Notes under the pieces: model-generated
What the model was told of the DNA's origin: nothing
Seen by the model: the letters and a program-made list of their open reading frames with translations, nothing else
Databases searched by the model: none
Shown here: piece by piece, positions 1 through 9,667 of the stretch
Position numbering within the stretch: the stretch's first letter is position 1
Layout of the letters: each line of letters opens with the position of its first letter
DNA from: Candidatus Micrarchaeia archaeon
GTDB lineage: Archaea > Micrarchaeota > Micrarchaeia > Burarchaeales > Fermentimicrarchaeaceae
Length of the DNA: 64,000 nt
Direction: 5' to 3'
Assembly (NCBI GenBank): GCA_038871515.1
Contig: JAVZHX010000004.1
Location: forward strand, 1 to 64,000
Made by a program: the position numbers and the translations under genes

Positions 1-82
1 TGAAGATGTGGAGAGGGTTATTTATTCCTGAAGAGTCATACCTTCTCCAGTAGTCCGGAGAATTTAGGTTTTTGGTCGCCAT
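1..82 (-). CDS. Partial CDS, 5' end only (MATKNLNSPDYWRRYDSSGINNPLHIF...), function unknown
   Basis: ATG at 82 on the minus strand, open to the window edge, divergent from 174 with TATA-like boxes between. Confidence 0.5.
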   Translation of the reverse strand, partial: MATKNLNSPDYWRRYDSSGINNPLHIF

Positions 83-140
83 ACTAAGAATCTAAATTCT
101 CCACTACTTTAATTTTTCAACAAACTCACTCGCAGATATA

Positions 141-162
141 TTTTTAAATAACTATTTAAAAA
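141..162. promoter_or_regulatory. Inverted repeat TTTTTAAATA-ac-TATTTAAAAA, probably back-to-back TATA boxes of a divergent promoter
   Basis: Perfect 10-bp arms; about 25 bp upstream of ATG 174, consistent with an archaeal leaderless start. Confidence 0.5.
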
Positions 163-173
163 AATTTTTATAT

Positions 174-671
174 ATGCTGAAGATAACTTCGAAACACATA
201 ATAGCTATCTTGCTCATTTTCATATTTTCCTACCTAGTAATTCTACCGTACTATCAACATTTTTTGGAAACTGAAAGGTGTGGAACTCAGCCCTGTCCAA
301 TGAATCTACCGGAACTATGGGCCAACGCTGGATGCACAAGCTCTCCTGAAGAGTCACTATTATTCAGAGCGCACATAATAACCGAAGAAAATGGTTCGGT
401 GCGAACATTTGATTGTCAGCTTGGGAAGATTTATGGAGAGATTGTTAAGAATTCGTCAAACTTCATGCTTTTGAAATGCGATATGGATACAATTGAAGCT
501 ATAGACTCCGTTGTGAAGGGAACAAATACCTCCCCAATTCCATTTGCCCAGTTAGATTCCACTTATCCCAATCTAACTGATTACGCATTCAATGTTCTCG
601 TCTGCAAAAAAAACAATGGTAGGGATGCCATATTTTTTTACGTAGATGTTTCTGGTGTTTTGTATCCCTAG
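174..671 (+). CDS. Hypothetical protein with N-terminal membrane anchor
   Basis: Hydrophobic IIAILLIFIFSYLVILP, then a soluble Cys-containing domain. Confidence 0.7.
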   Translation: MLKITSKHIIAILLIFIFSYLVILPYYQHFLETERCGTQPCPMNLPELWANAGCTSSPEESLLFRAHIITEENGSVRTFDCQLGKIYGEIVKNSSNFMLLKCDMDTIEAIDSVVKGTNTSPIPFAQLDSTYPNLTDYAFNVLVCKKNNGRDAIFFYVDVSGVLYP

Positions 672-705
672 AAGACACCGCAATTAATAATCATTTGGTG
701 TTGGT

Positions 706-2523
706 ATGTTCTTCGATTTTATAAAAATTGGTAAAGGAACCCCATTTAAAAACGAGGATTCTAATGTTGACGAGGAAATATACTCAATAGGGAAGATAGG
801 TTCCCTTTATGTACTCTACGCACCACTTTCTGGAAGACTTTGTGTATGTGATGATGAGTTCAGGCGCTTTCTCGTAAAAAATAAGAAACTTGGAAAGAAT
901 GCAGAACATCATACTGATTTCTCACAACTTTTCCCAAGGGCAGACGGCAAATTCCGATTGCTGGGTTTATTTCTGACTTCTAAGTGCAATTTGAGGTGCA
1001 CTTATTGCTATGCTAAAGGAGGAGAGATTGAAAAAACAATGAGTTTCGAAACTGCGAAGAAAGCGATAGACTTCATGAATGAGAATTTCCACTCACCTTT
1101 CATACTATTTCATGGGGGTGGAGAGCCGACAATAGAGTTCAAATTGATGAAAAAAGTGGTGGAATATGCCAGAGAGCTCAGCAGTGATACTAAGTTCAAC
1201 CTGCAGACAAATGGCATTTTCTCAAATGAAGTGCGTGAATGGTTGCTGAAGAATATGGATTTAATTTCCATATCCTGTGACGGCCCACCAGATATACAAG
1301 ATACGCAAAGACCGTTGGCAAATGGTGACAGAAGCAGCCCAATTCTCGAAAGAAATATTCGCTATTTTATTAAGAATTCAAAAGGAATTAAGGTGCAGGC
1401 CGTCATAACCGAGTTCTCAGTCGCCAGGCAGGCGGAGATAGTTGAATATTTCCATAAGCTCGGTATAAAAGAATTTTCCTTCATACCAGTCAAAAAAATG
1501 GGCAGGTGTGTAAACTGTAACCTGCCCTACTCAACCGCACCAACTTCCCACTCATTTTCAGCAAACTTTTTGAAAGCATTGGAGTTAGCAGATTTCTACG
1601 AGATGCCGCTTTCCACCCGTACTGTTGCTGAAACATGCGGAAATAAACCATGCCTACTTGCAGAATCCTTTTTTGTGACACCAGATAATTTTCTTAGTCC
1701 CTGCCTTGCGGTGAATTCAGCTGATTCACCTTTCAAGGAGTTGCTTTACGGTAGCATAAAAGTCAATGTAGAAATTTATAAAGAGAAATCAGATCTGTTA
1801 AATAAAAGACTAGTTCACAACATACCTACTTGCAATAACTGCTTTTTGAAATGGAATTGCTCTGGAGGGTGCCCAATTTCAGCATGTCTTATCTATGGTA
1901 GGGATATTTTCTCTCCCCATAAGAAATTCTGTAATGAGCAGAAGAAAATTATGAGAGAGCTTTTTCTATATCGGGCGCAGAAGGATCTGGTAAAGCTTAA
2001 GCCTCTTTTAAAGAGCAGGAATGGAAAGCTTTTTTACTCCGGTCTATCAGACGAATTTGAAGCCAACATACAAACCATAAGTTCAAAAACAGATGTAGAT
2101 TCTCTCGCCAGGAAGATTATTTTTACAAAACCTGGTTTGGTACTTCTCTCATTCAAACTAGGTGAAAAGGATTTGGATACAAAGTTTGGAGAAAAGATTC
2201 TAAGTTTCTTGCAGACGCTTAAATCAAATTATATATATTTCAAGGTCATCAAGCCCCTTCCCAGATGCTTATTCAACCAAGATTATGAGACTATTGTAAA
2301 GGAATTCAAACTTCCGAGGAATTGCGAGGACTGCCTTGAACTTTTCGTGCTTTACGGAAGTTCATACCGCCTATGCAACGCAAGAGTGAGAGTACCTCTC
2401 AATGAAGTGATTAATAGAAAACAATTATATGCTTATTTTGAGAAATTTAATAAGAGAGTTGTCCCAACCCATTGCCAAGAATGCATATACCGGATGAGGA
2501 AGAAGTGCAATGGGCTTTGCTGA
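706..2523 (+). CDS. Radical SAM/SPASM protein with an extra C-terminal Cys-rich domain
   Basis: CNLRCTYC, GGGEP, QTNG; SPASM-type CNNCFLKWNCSGGCP..C; about 180 extra aa ending CQECIYRMRKKCNGLC. Confidence 0.9.
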   Translation: MFFDFIKIGKGTPFKNEDSNVDEEIYSIGKIGSLYVLYAPLSGRLCVCDDEFRRFLVKNKKLGKNAEHHTDFSQLFPRADGKFRLLGLFLTSKCNLRCTYCYAKGGEIEKTMSFETAKKAIDFMNENFHSPFILFHGGGEPTIEFKLMKKVVEYARELSSDTKFNLQTNGIFSNEVREWLLKNMDLISISCDGPPDIQDTQRPLANGDRSSPILERNIRYFIKNSKGIKVQAVITEFSVARQAEIVEYFHKLGIKEFSFIPVKKMGRCVNCNLPYSTAPTSHSFSANFLKALELADFYEMPLSTRTVAETCGNKPCLLAESFFVTPDNFLSPCLAVNSADSPFKELLYGSIKVNVEIYKEKSDLLNKRLVHNIPTCNNCFLKWNCSGGCPISACLIYGRDIFSPHKKFCNEQKKIMRELFLYRAQKDLVKLKPLLKSRNGKLFYSGLSDEFEANIQTISSKTDVDSLARKIIFTKPGLVLLSFKLGEKDLDTKFGEKILSFLQTLKSNYIYFKVIKPLPRCLFNQDYETIVKEFKLPRNCEDCLELFVLYGSSYRLCNARVRVPLNEVINRKQLYAYFEKFNKRVVPTHCQECIYRMRKKCNGLC

Positions 2524-2555
2524 CGAGCACATATTTGCGATTCAATGGTGCTGTT

Positions 2556-3491
2556 ATGGCAGAAAGATTGGATTTGAAAGTTGGTTTCTCATGCAACAAC
2601 AACTGCCGTTTCTGCGTGCAGGGTAACAAAAAAACCCTTGGTGATAAAAGCAGTAGCCAGATAAAAAAAGAGCTTCGAGAAACTGTTGACGAAGGAATAA
2701 ACCAAGTTGTTTTCACAGGAGGAGAGCCAACTATAAGGAAAGACATAATTGAGCTGGTTTCATATGCACATGATTTGGGTTATGAGTTAATTCAAATTCA
2801 AACAAATGGCAGGATGCTTTATTACAAAGACTTTTGCGAGCGCCTTATCAAAGCAGGTGCAAATGAATTTTCGCCAGCGATTCACGGCCACATAGCCGAA
2901 TTACACGATTACCTAACGCGCTCGCCAGGAAGCTTCAATCAAACAGTTCAGGGAATTAAAAACCTGAAGGAGCTGAACCAGCGCGTTATAACAAACTCTG
3001 TTGTGACCAAACCAAACTACCGCCATCTTCCAGAACTCGCAACCCTTCTTGTTCAGCTTGACGTTGACCAGTTTCAGATGGCGTTTGTGCATGCTGGCGG
3101 CAATGCATACACGTATTTTGACCAAATCGTCCCTCGGAAATGCCTTGCTGCCCCTTACATAAAACGAGCTTTGCAGATAGGAATTAACGCTGGAATAAGG
3201 GTGATGGCGGAAGCAGTTCCATACTGCTTCATGCAAGGCTATGAGAGGTATGTTTCTGAGCTATATATACCACCAACAAAGGTAATTGATTTTGCCTCTA
3301 CCGACCCAAGGTTTGAGGAAACAAGAGTATCTGAGGGCAAGTGTAAGACAGATAAATGCAAAAGGTGTAAATATTACTTAATATGCGAAGGACCTTGGAG
3401 GGAGTACCCTGAGAGAAGAGGATGGGAGGAATTCAACCCAGTGCCAGGAAGGAAAATAAAGAGAGTTAGACAACTCTCAGAAGTGACATAG
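2556..3491 (+). CDS. Radical SAM protein, HxsC4-like
   Basis: DLKVGFSCNNNCRFC, TGGEPT, QTNGRM, EAVPYC, C-terminal CKRCKYYLICEG; start moved to ATG 2556 after GGTG. Confidence 0.85.
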   Translation: MAERLDLKVGFSCNNNCRFCVQGNKKTLGDKSSSQIKKELRETVDEGINQVVFTGGEPTIRKDIIELVSYAHDLGYELIQIQTNGRMLYYKDFCERLIKAGANEFSPAIHGHIAELHDYLTRSPGSFNQTVQGIKNLKELNQRVITNSVVTKPNYRHLPELATLLVQLDVDQFQMAFVHAGGNAYTYFDQIVPRKCLAAPYIKRALQIGINAGIRVMAEAVPYCFMQGYERYVSELYIPPTKVIDFASTDPRFEETRVSEGKCKTDKCKRCKYYLICEGPWREYPERRGWEEFNPVPGRKIKRVRQLSEVT

Positions 3492-3588
3492 AAGATTATT
3501 GCGCCTAAAAGTTGATACCCCCTGCCTACTAGGATGAAGAGGAGAAGCAGTGCGAGGAAACTTGGATTAAATATCGTGAAGTGAAACG

Positions 3589-4560
3589 ATGCCGTCAAAT
3601 TTGATTCGTCTTGGTAACAAATGCAACCAGAACTGTGTTTTCTGCACGGTTGCGCTAGACAACGAAAGGGAGCTGAGCAACGAGGAGGTGAAGAGAAAAA
3701 TAGAGTTCCTCTCCAAAGCAGGAGCGGATATGATAACATTTACGGGTGGAGAACCGACATTACGAAAGGATTTGGTTGAGTTGATAAAATTTGCAAAACA
3801 AAAAAAATTCAAAAGAATAGAGCTTCAGACAAATGGAGTTCTGCTTTCCGATAAAAAGCTGGCACGAGGAGTTATCAATGCAGGCGTTGACGATGTGCTT
3901 GTCTCGCTTCACTCGCATAAAAAAGAAGTTTCGGAAAAACTCACAAATGCACCGGGAAGTTTCAAAAAAACTATCCAAGGAATAAAAAACCTTATTGATG
4001 CTGGTGGAAGGGTTTGCATCAGCCATGTAATAAATTCCCTGAATTACAAAGAGTTAACCGAGTTTGTTAAATTTATGAGAAAAAAATTCCCAACTCTTTC
4101 ATTCTATTTTGGGTTTGTAAGGCCTAATGGAAATGCGCAGTTCAACAGATGGGTTGTGCCAAAAATCTCTGAAATTGATTTCCACGTATACAAGCTTTTT
4201 GATTACTGCAGAAGAGAGAAAATTCCCTTCTCCGTAGAGGGATTGCCTCTGTGCTATATGCAGGGTTATGAGGTTCATTCTTCCGAAGTTCACCGATTAA
4301 TTTCCGAACCAGTTTTCTATCTTGCTGGCGGTGAAACTAAATACGATGTTCATAGATTTGTGATTGAAAATTTCAGAGCAAAGGGAGAGCAGTGCGAGCA
4401 TTGTTTTGTGAATAATATATGCGCAGGAGTTTGGAAGGAATACGCTGAAATATATGGAACTGGAGAGCTTTTTCCAGTTTTCATATCGCAAGAGGAGATT
4501 GTTGAAAGCGTTAGAGAGGGGTGGAAAAGGTGGAAAGGAAGCCTATCAAAAAAGAGTTGA
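3589..4560 (+). CDS. Radical SAM protein, HxsC/HxsC4-like paralog
   Basis: CNQNCVFC, TGGEPT, EGLPLC, CEHCFVNNICAGVW. Confidence 0.85.
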   Translation: MPSNLIRLGNKCNQNCVFCTVALDNERELSNEEVKRKIEFLSKAGADMITFTGGEPTLRKDLVELIKFAKQKKFKRIELQTNGVLLSDKKLARGVINAGVDDVLVSLHSHKKEVSEKLTNAPGSFKKTIQGIKNLIDAGGRVCISHVINSLNYKELTEFVKFMRKKFPTLSFYFGFVRPNGNAQFNRWVVPKISEIDFHVYKLFDYCRREKIPFSVEGLPLCYMQGYEVHSSEVHRLISEPVFYLAGGETKYDVHRFVIENFRAKGEQCEHCFVNNICAGVWKEYAEIYGTGELFPVFISQEEIVESVREGWKRWKGSLSKKS

Positions 4561-5459
4561 ATTTATTTTTGGGTTATACGTGCAACAACAACTGCTGGTT
4601 CTGTTCCGAGATGGCGAATAAGGGCAAGCCAGATAAAACAACGGTGGAAGTAAAAAGAGAGCTTCATGAGGCTAGAAGAAACGGTGTTCAAAGAATAACA
4701 TTTACAGGAGGAGAGCCAACTATAAGGAAAGACATAATTGAGCTGGTTTCATATGCAAAAAAACTTGGTTTTGAGGAAATTTTCATAATAACAAATGGAA
4801 GGATGCTTTATTACAAGGAATTTGCAAGAAAGCTTTCAGAAGCAGGTTTAACTCACTTGCTTTTTTCACTCCATTCACCCAAAGCAAAAATACATGATTA
4901 TTTAACCCGCTCACCCGGAAGCTTCAATCAAACAGTTCTGGGAATAAAAAACACAGTTGAGGTTGGGGGGATTATCGTTGAAAACAATACTGTGATAACG
5001 AAAAAGAATTATAAAGAACTCCCTCAGCTTGCCGAAATGCTTGTCGCTCTTGGAGTTGATTTTTATGAATTCATACTCCTCAACCCATACACAATAAACT
5101 CATTCTTTAAAGATAAATTTGAGGAGTTTGTTCCAAAAGTTTCCCAAGTTGCAGAATACGTGCATAGAGCTATTGATGTTGGCATAAAGAGCAATGTTTG
5201 GTGCACTGCTGAAGGAATCCCATTCTGCTATATGAAGGGTTATGAAAAGTACGTCACTGAGTTGTATATGGCTCCGCAGAGAATTATAATCGGGCCTGGA
5301 GGAAGGTATGTGGGGGATGTGAACAAATCAAGGAGGGAGCAGGGAAAAGTGAAAGCAAGCAGTTGTTTAAAATGCAAATACAACTCAGTTTGCGAGGGGT
5401 TGTGGGGGCACTATGCTGAGCATTATGGAACAGATGAGCTTAAACCAGTGGTGGAGTGA
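4521..5459 (+). CDS. Radical SAM protein, HxsC4-like paralog
   Basis: CNNNCWFC, TGGEPT, EGIPFC, CLKCKYNSVCEG. Confidence 0.85.
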   Translation: MEKVERKPIKKELNLFLGYTCNNNCWFCSEMANKGKPDKTTVEVKRELHEARRNGVQRITFTGGEPTIRKDIIELVSYAKKLGFEEIFIITNGRMLYYKEFARKLSEAGLTHLLFSLHSPKAKIHDYLTRSPGSFNQTVLGIKNTVEVGGIIVENNTVITKKNYKELPQLAEMLVALGVDFYEFILLNPYTINSFFKDKFEEFVPKVSQVAEYVHRAIDVGIKSNVWCTAEGIPFCYMKGYEKYVTELYMAPQRIIIGPGGRYVGDVNKSRREQGKVKASSCLKCKYNSVCEGLWGHYAEHYGTDELKPVVE

Positions 5460-5464
5460 GCTAA

Positions 5465-6586
5465 GTGGTTCGTATGAAATTCAAAACAAAAGTTGCTGTT
5501 TTGAAATGCCCTTCATATTTGGAAGTGAAAAAACAGATAAACAACTCATTGCGCCTTCTTGGGGGAGTGAAGAAGTTTTTTAAAAAAGGAAAAAAAGTGC
5601 TGATTAAACCGAATATCTCAGATCCATTGCCAGCGGAGAAGGCAAGCAACACCCACCCGCTTTTTGTGAGAGCAGTTATTGAAATTACACAGGAAGCTGG
5701 AAGCGAGGTTTGGGTTGGGGAGTGCTCAGCAGGAGGAGGGGAGGGAATAACAAGGAAGTGCTTGGAGATATCTGGAATTGGGGATGTTGTGAGGGAAACA
5801 GGAGTTGAATTCAGAAATTTTCAGGAGGAACCATTTGTTCAACAGGGAATACCAAACTCAAAAGTTCTTGAAAAAACAGATTTTGCAAGTGCGCTTTTTC
5901 AGGCGGACTTTGTGGTTAACATGCCGAAACTGAAAACACATGGTTTAACTTTTATGACGGGCGCCGTGAAGAACTGCTTTGGGTTTATTCACCCTGCTGA
6001 AAGAAAGTATCTTCATAAAACATTCTCAAAAAGAGAGCAGTTCAGCCAAGGTTTGGTTGATGTATATTCATTTATCAAACCGCATCTTACTATAATGGAT
6101 GCTGTTGTTGCAATGGAGGGGGAGCAGGGTCCTTCATTTGGAAACCCAAGGAAGTTAAGTGTAATAATTGCTGGGGAGGATGGGGTAGCGGTTGATGCAG
6201 TTGCTGCAAGCATCATCGGTTACAACCCACTTGCAATTCCCACAATAAAATACGCAGAAGAGCGAGGAGTAGGGGTTGGAAATTTAGAAAGGGTGAAGGT
6301 TGTTGGAAGCAGAGTTAAAAGAGTGACGAATTTTAAACTTCACCCACTTTTTGACAATAAATATAGAAAAATTGAGGGGTTTGGTAAGTCATTTGTTATG
6401 CTGCCAGAAGTTGACAAGTCCAAATGTATAAAATGTGGGACGTGTGCTGATAACTGCCCAGTAAGTGCGATCAAGATGTTTCCCTATCCAGTGTTTGATA
6501 GGAAGAAATGCATTATGTGCTACTGCTGTCATGAGCTTTGCCCTACTGGCGCGTGTAAGCTTGAAATAAAATGGGTTAGAAAGTGA
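5465..6586 (+). CDS. DUF362 protein with C-terminal 2x[4Fe-4S] ferredoxin domain
   Basis: VLIKPN, THP, NMPKLKTH, TGAVKN, MEGEQGP; CIKCGTCADNCP and CIMCYCCHELCP. Confidence 0.9.
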   Translation: MVRMKFKTKVAVLKCPSYLEVKKQINNSLRLLGGVKKFFKKGKKVLIKPNISDPLPAEKASNTHPLFVRAVIEITQEAGSEVWVGECSAGGGEGITRKCLEISGIGDVVRETGVEFRNFQEEPFVQQGIPNSKVLEKTDFASALFQADFVVNMPKLKTHGLTFMTGAVKNCFGFIHPAERKYLHKTFSKREQFSQGLVDVYSFIKPHLTIMDAVVAMEGEQGPSFGNPRKLSVIIAGEDGVAVDAVAASIIGYNPLAIPTIKYAEERGVGVGNLERVKVVGSRVKRVTNFKLHPLFDNKYRKIEGFGKSFVMLPEVDKSKCIKCGTCADNCPVSAIKMFPYPVFDRKKCIMCYCCHELCPTGACKLEIKWVRK

Positions 6587-6590
6587 TGGA

Positions 6591-7451
6591 ATGGTGCTTG
6601 AAATACCTGTTGGGGTTACCTGCAATAACTGCTGTGTTATGTGCACAAATATAATGCCACCTCCCAAAAAATGGGATTTGAGCACGGAAGAAATTAAGGC
6701 TATGGTGATTGGAAGCAGTGAACGCAAAATAGTGCTAACAGGAGGAGAGCCAACAATAAGAAAGGACTTCTTTGAGATAATTAATTTTATTAAAACTACA
6801 AAACCAGACTCTCAGCTAATGGTGCTTAGCAACGGAAGGATGTTTTACTACAAAGAGTTTGCAGAAAGATTTGTTCAGTCAAAATGCAACTTGGTTGCAA
6901 TTCCATTGCACGCTCCTACAGCCGAATTGCACGATTTAATTACGCAGGTTGAAGGAAGCTTCAATCAGACTGTCCAGGGAATAAAAAACCTCATCAAACA
7001 TGGAGCGGATGTTGAGATACGGATTGTAATACATAAACTAAACTACAAAAAACTCCCTGCAATTGCTGAGTTCATATCAAATGAGTTGAAAGGAGCTCGC
7101 AGGGTTGTGCTCTTCCCAATAGACATAATCGGGAACGCAAATAAAAACAGAGTGAAGCTTGTCGTGAGGATGAGCGAAGTCAAACAATATTTGGAGGAAG
7201 CGTGCGAGTTGCTCAAGAGAAATGACTTTGAAATTAGTTTATACCACACCCCATTCTGTTTAATTGATAAAAAATATTGGAAAAATATCGCTGGGAGGAC
7301 TGTTGAGGAGAGGAGAGTTACATTCAAACCATGCGGGAAATGTGTTATGAGGGAGAAATGTCCGGGTGTATGGAAGACTTATGCTTTCAGGGTTGGCACG
7401 GAGGAGTTTCACCCGTTCACCAAAAGCAATATATACAAAATTCGTGAATAA
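6591..7451 (+). CDS. Radical SAM protein, HxsC-like (His-Xaa-Ser system maturase family)
   Basis: CNNCCVMC, TGGEPT, LSNGR, LHDLITQ, VEIRIVIHKLNYKKLPAIAEFI typical of HxsC; CGKCVMREKCPG. Confidence 0.8.
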   Translation: MVLEIPVGVTCNNCCVMCTNIMPPPKKWDLSTEEIKAMVIGSSERKIVLTGGEPTIRKDFFEIINFIKTTKPDSQLMVLSNGRMFYYKEFAERFVQSKCNLVAIPLHAPTAELHDLITQVEGSFNQTVQGIKNLIKHGADVEIRIVIHKLNYKKLPAIAEFISNELKGARRVVLFPIDIIGNANKNRVKLVVRMSEVKQYLEEACELLKRNDFEISLYHTPFCLIDKKYWKNIAGRTVEERRVTFKPCGKCVMREKCPGVWKTYAFRVGTEEFHPFTKSNIYKIRE

Positions 7452-7458
7452 TGCTCTG

Positions 7459-9621
7459 ATGATGAGAAAAATATCAATATTTGTTCTTCTGCTTCCTGTT
7501 TTTACAGTTGCGCTGACAACAAATGCGACAATTACAATAAAAGATCCCAATGGGGTTGCGGTTGTCAGCAATGCGCAGATGACGTGTGTTTTCCAAGGGT
7601 ATACTACTGGGGTGAGCTTTGACAGCCCAACTGTGTGTGGCGTTAACACAACATCCGCGAATTTGATAAACAGAACCAATGTGAGCTGCACCTATACTTT
7701 TGCAAAAAACTATTCTCTTGACGGAAACTGGATTGCAAATGTAACTTTCTACCACACTGGCTATGAAAACCAGGGAGTCGGCATAATTACCACAAACGGA
7801 ACGGTTGACCCCCAAACACCTATCGACACAGCATCTCCTCCAACAGGACAGATAGCTAACGACTGCACAGGTAACCTAACCTGCACGTCAGACCCGCAGT
7901 GCAATAACTCCGTTAATGAATCCGTTTCTTGGACACTTTACACAATAAACAGGGATAGCGTTCAGGCGGACTGCTTGGGTTACGGAGGAAAGTGGTACCC
8001 AGGTGTTACTGGCGGCTCAAATTACTACTGCTGTGGGGATGATGGAGCAAGTGATAATTTTTATTACTGGAGTGGAAGTACATGTATGTACTGCAATGCA
8101 GGGGTGAACAGCAGCGCAACTACAAAATGCACCTCCCCTTCTTCTTACTGCTATGGGTATAATAATGCTGCCTGTCAGAGCGGCAACCAGGATTACTGTT
8201 GCTATGGCGTAGGTTGCTCCTCAACTGGGGCGACTGGCTACGCTACAAATATAGTTGGGGGCAACTGCACCTGCACAAGTGGTTTATGCGCGTGGTTAGG
8301 TATGGGAAACGGATACTGTGTGAATACTTCGTGGGGAGGAGCAGGCTGTTACTCTGGGGTTTACTGCACTGCAACAGGGTGGAATTTCAGCAAACTTGAC
8401 AGCCCGCCAAATAATGCTGCCAATGCAAATGCATCTCCTTCAACAGGAGCAGATCCAGAAACAACAATTAATGTAAGCGCCAATGTATCAGACAGAGCAC
8501 CAGTAACTGGAAATCTGACAATAAAGGTTTACAAGTCAACAGCCACCTCACCCACTGATACTATTCTGTGCACTGGTAACAGCGTTGTAACAGGCAATAT
8601 TTCATGGTGCACTTTTACTGCTTCCTCTGCTGGATGTTCTCCAAGGAACTGCACTGTCAAAATACTTGTCTATGAAGTTGATCATGATGTATGTGGTAAC
8701 TATAAATACAGCTTCAACTTCACAAACACAAGCTTCCTTTATTGGAATAGAAATGTTTCTCCTCCAATACTAAATACACCGACAAGCGACCCCAACGTGG
8801 TTGTTGGCAATTCATTCGTGCTAAACTGCACTGCACTTACTGGCAACGCCTCCACCGGAATAAATATGTCATTTCAATTTAACTCAACAACTTCTGGTTG
8901 GACGGAGATAACTACTTCTGGTGGTTTAACTACAACTGAAACAAACCCAGTTGTTAATGTTAGAAATGCAACCGCATATGCAATCAACGTAACTGGTGCC
9001 CAGGCAGGAACTTACTGGGTGCGCTGCAAAGTTTATAACTCAACTTATTCCACATACAGCGCTACTCAGCAGGTTACCGTAACAACAATACCGCCAAAGA
9101 TAAATGTGAGCGCAAACAGCTATCCAAACTGCGGTGCAGTTTTTTATAAAGTGAGTTTGTATGATGTAAATTCAAAACTCATTGATTCTTCCTTCTCACT
9201 TCAAGTGATAAACCCAAGTATGATAACTGTTCTAACTCAGGTTGCTTTATACCCAAATAATGGAACAGGTGTTTATCTTGGCAGTTATCTGCTCAATACA
9301 ACTTCCACAGTTGGAAACTGGTTGCTGAAGGTGACTGAAAGCTCCGGAGTAACTGCTGGAAAGAATTTCTATGTTCGTTCTGTATGTGGTGATGGATACT
9401 GCACAAGCGGAGAGAACTGCCAGAACTGTGCAGCAGATTGCAGCTGCTACTGCGGAGATGGGGTTTGCACAAGTGGAGAGGACTGTAACAACTGTGCAGC
9501 AGACTGCGGGTGCTCAAGCGGTAGAGTGTGCTGCAACTGTGGTGATATCTGCGGGGAACCAGATTGGTTCGTCTGCCTTCCACTCACTTCATGTAAATAT
9601 TCTGTTTGCTGCCCGGTATAG
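7459..9621 (+). CDS. Secreted Cys-rich, N-glycosylation-rich surface protein with Ig-like domains and C-terminal CGDG repeats
   Basis: Signal peptide MMRKISIFVLLLPVFTVA (start moved from 7366); many N-x-S/T sequons; CCGDDG segment; two CGDGxCxxGExCxNCxxDC repeats. Confidence 0.8.
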   Translation: MMRKISIFVLLLPVFTVALTTNATITIKDPNGVAVVSNAQMTCVFQGYTTGVSFDSPTVCGVNTTSANLINRTNVSCTYTFAKNYSLDGNWIANVTFYHTGYENQGVGIITTNGTVDPQTPIDTASPPTGQIANDCTGNLTCTSDPQCNNSVNESVSWTLYTINRDSVQADCLGYGGKWYPGVTGGSNYYCCGDDGASDNFYYWSGSTCMYCNAGVNSSATTKCTSPSSYCYGYNNAACQSGNQDYCCYGVGCSSTGATGYATNIVGGNCTCTSGLCAWLGMGNGYCVNTSWGGAGCYSGVYCTATGWNFSKLDSPPNNAANANASPSTGADPETTINVSANVSDRAPVTGNLTIKVYKSTATSPTDTILCTGNSVVTGNISWCTFTASSAGCSPRNCTVKILVYEVDHDVCGNYKYSFNFTNTSFLYWNRNVSPPILNTPTSDPNVVVGNSFVLNCTALTGNASTGINMSFQFNSTTSGWTEITTSGGLTTTETNPVVNVRNATAYAINVTGAQAGTYWVRCKVYNSTYSTYSATQQVTVTTIPPKINVSANSYPNCGAVFYKVSLYDVNSKLIDSSFSLQVINPSMITVLTQVALYPNNGTGVYLGSYLLNTTSTVGNWLLKVTESSGVTAGKNFYVRSVCGDGYCTSGENCQNCAADCSCYCGDGVCTSGEDCNNCAADCGCSSGRVCCNCGDICGEPDWFVCLPLTSCKYSVCCPV
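9385..9513 (+). repeat. 129-bp copy 1 of a Cys-rich module (two CGDG repeats)
   Basis: Near-identical to 10103-10231. Confidence 0.9.
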
Positions 9622-9667
9622 CAACTGCGTGAATATATTTTAATACACACTTGCACACAATCATCTT

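Noticed and set aside
3534..3584. 16-aa ORF MKRRSSARKLGLNIVK as the radical SAM precursor
   Set aside because: Very short, no clear RBS, no Cys/His/aromatic residues and no leader-core structure.
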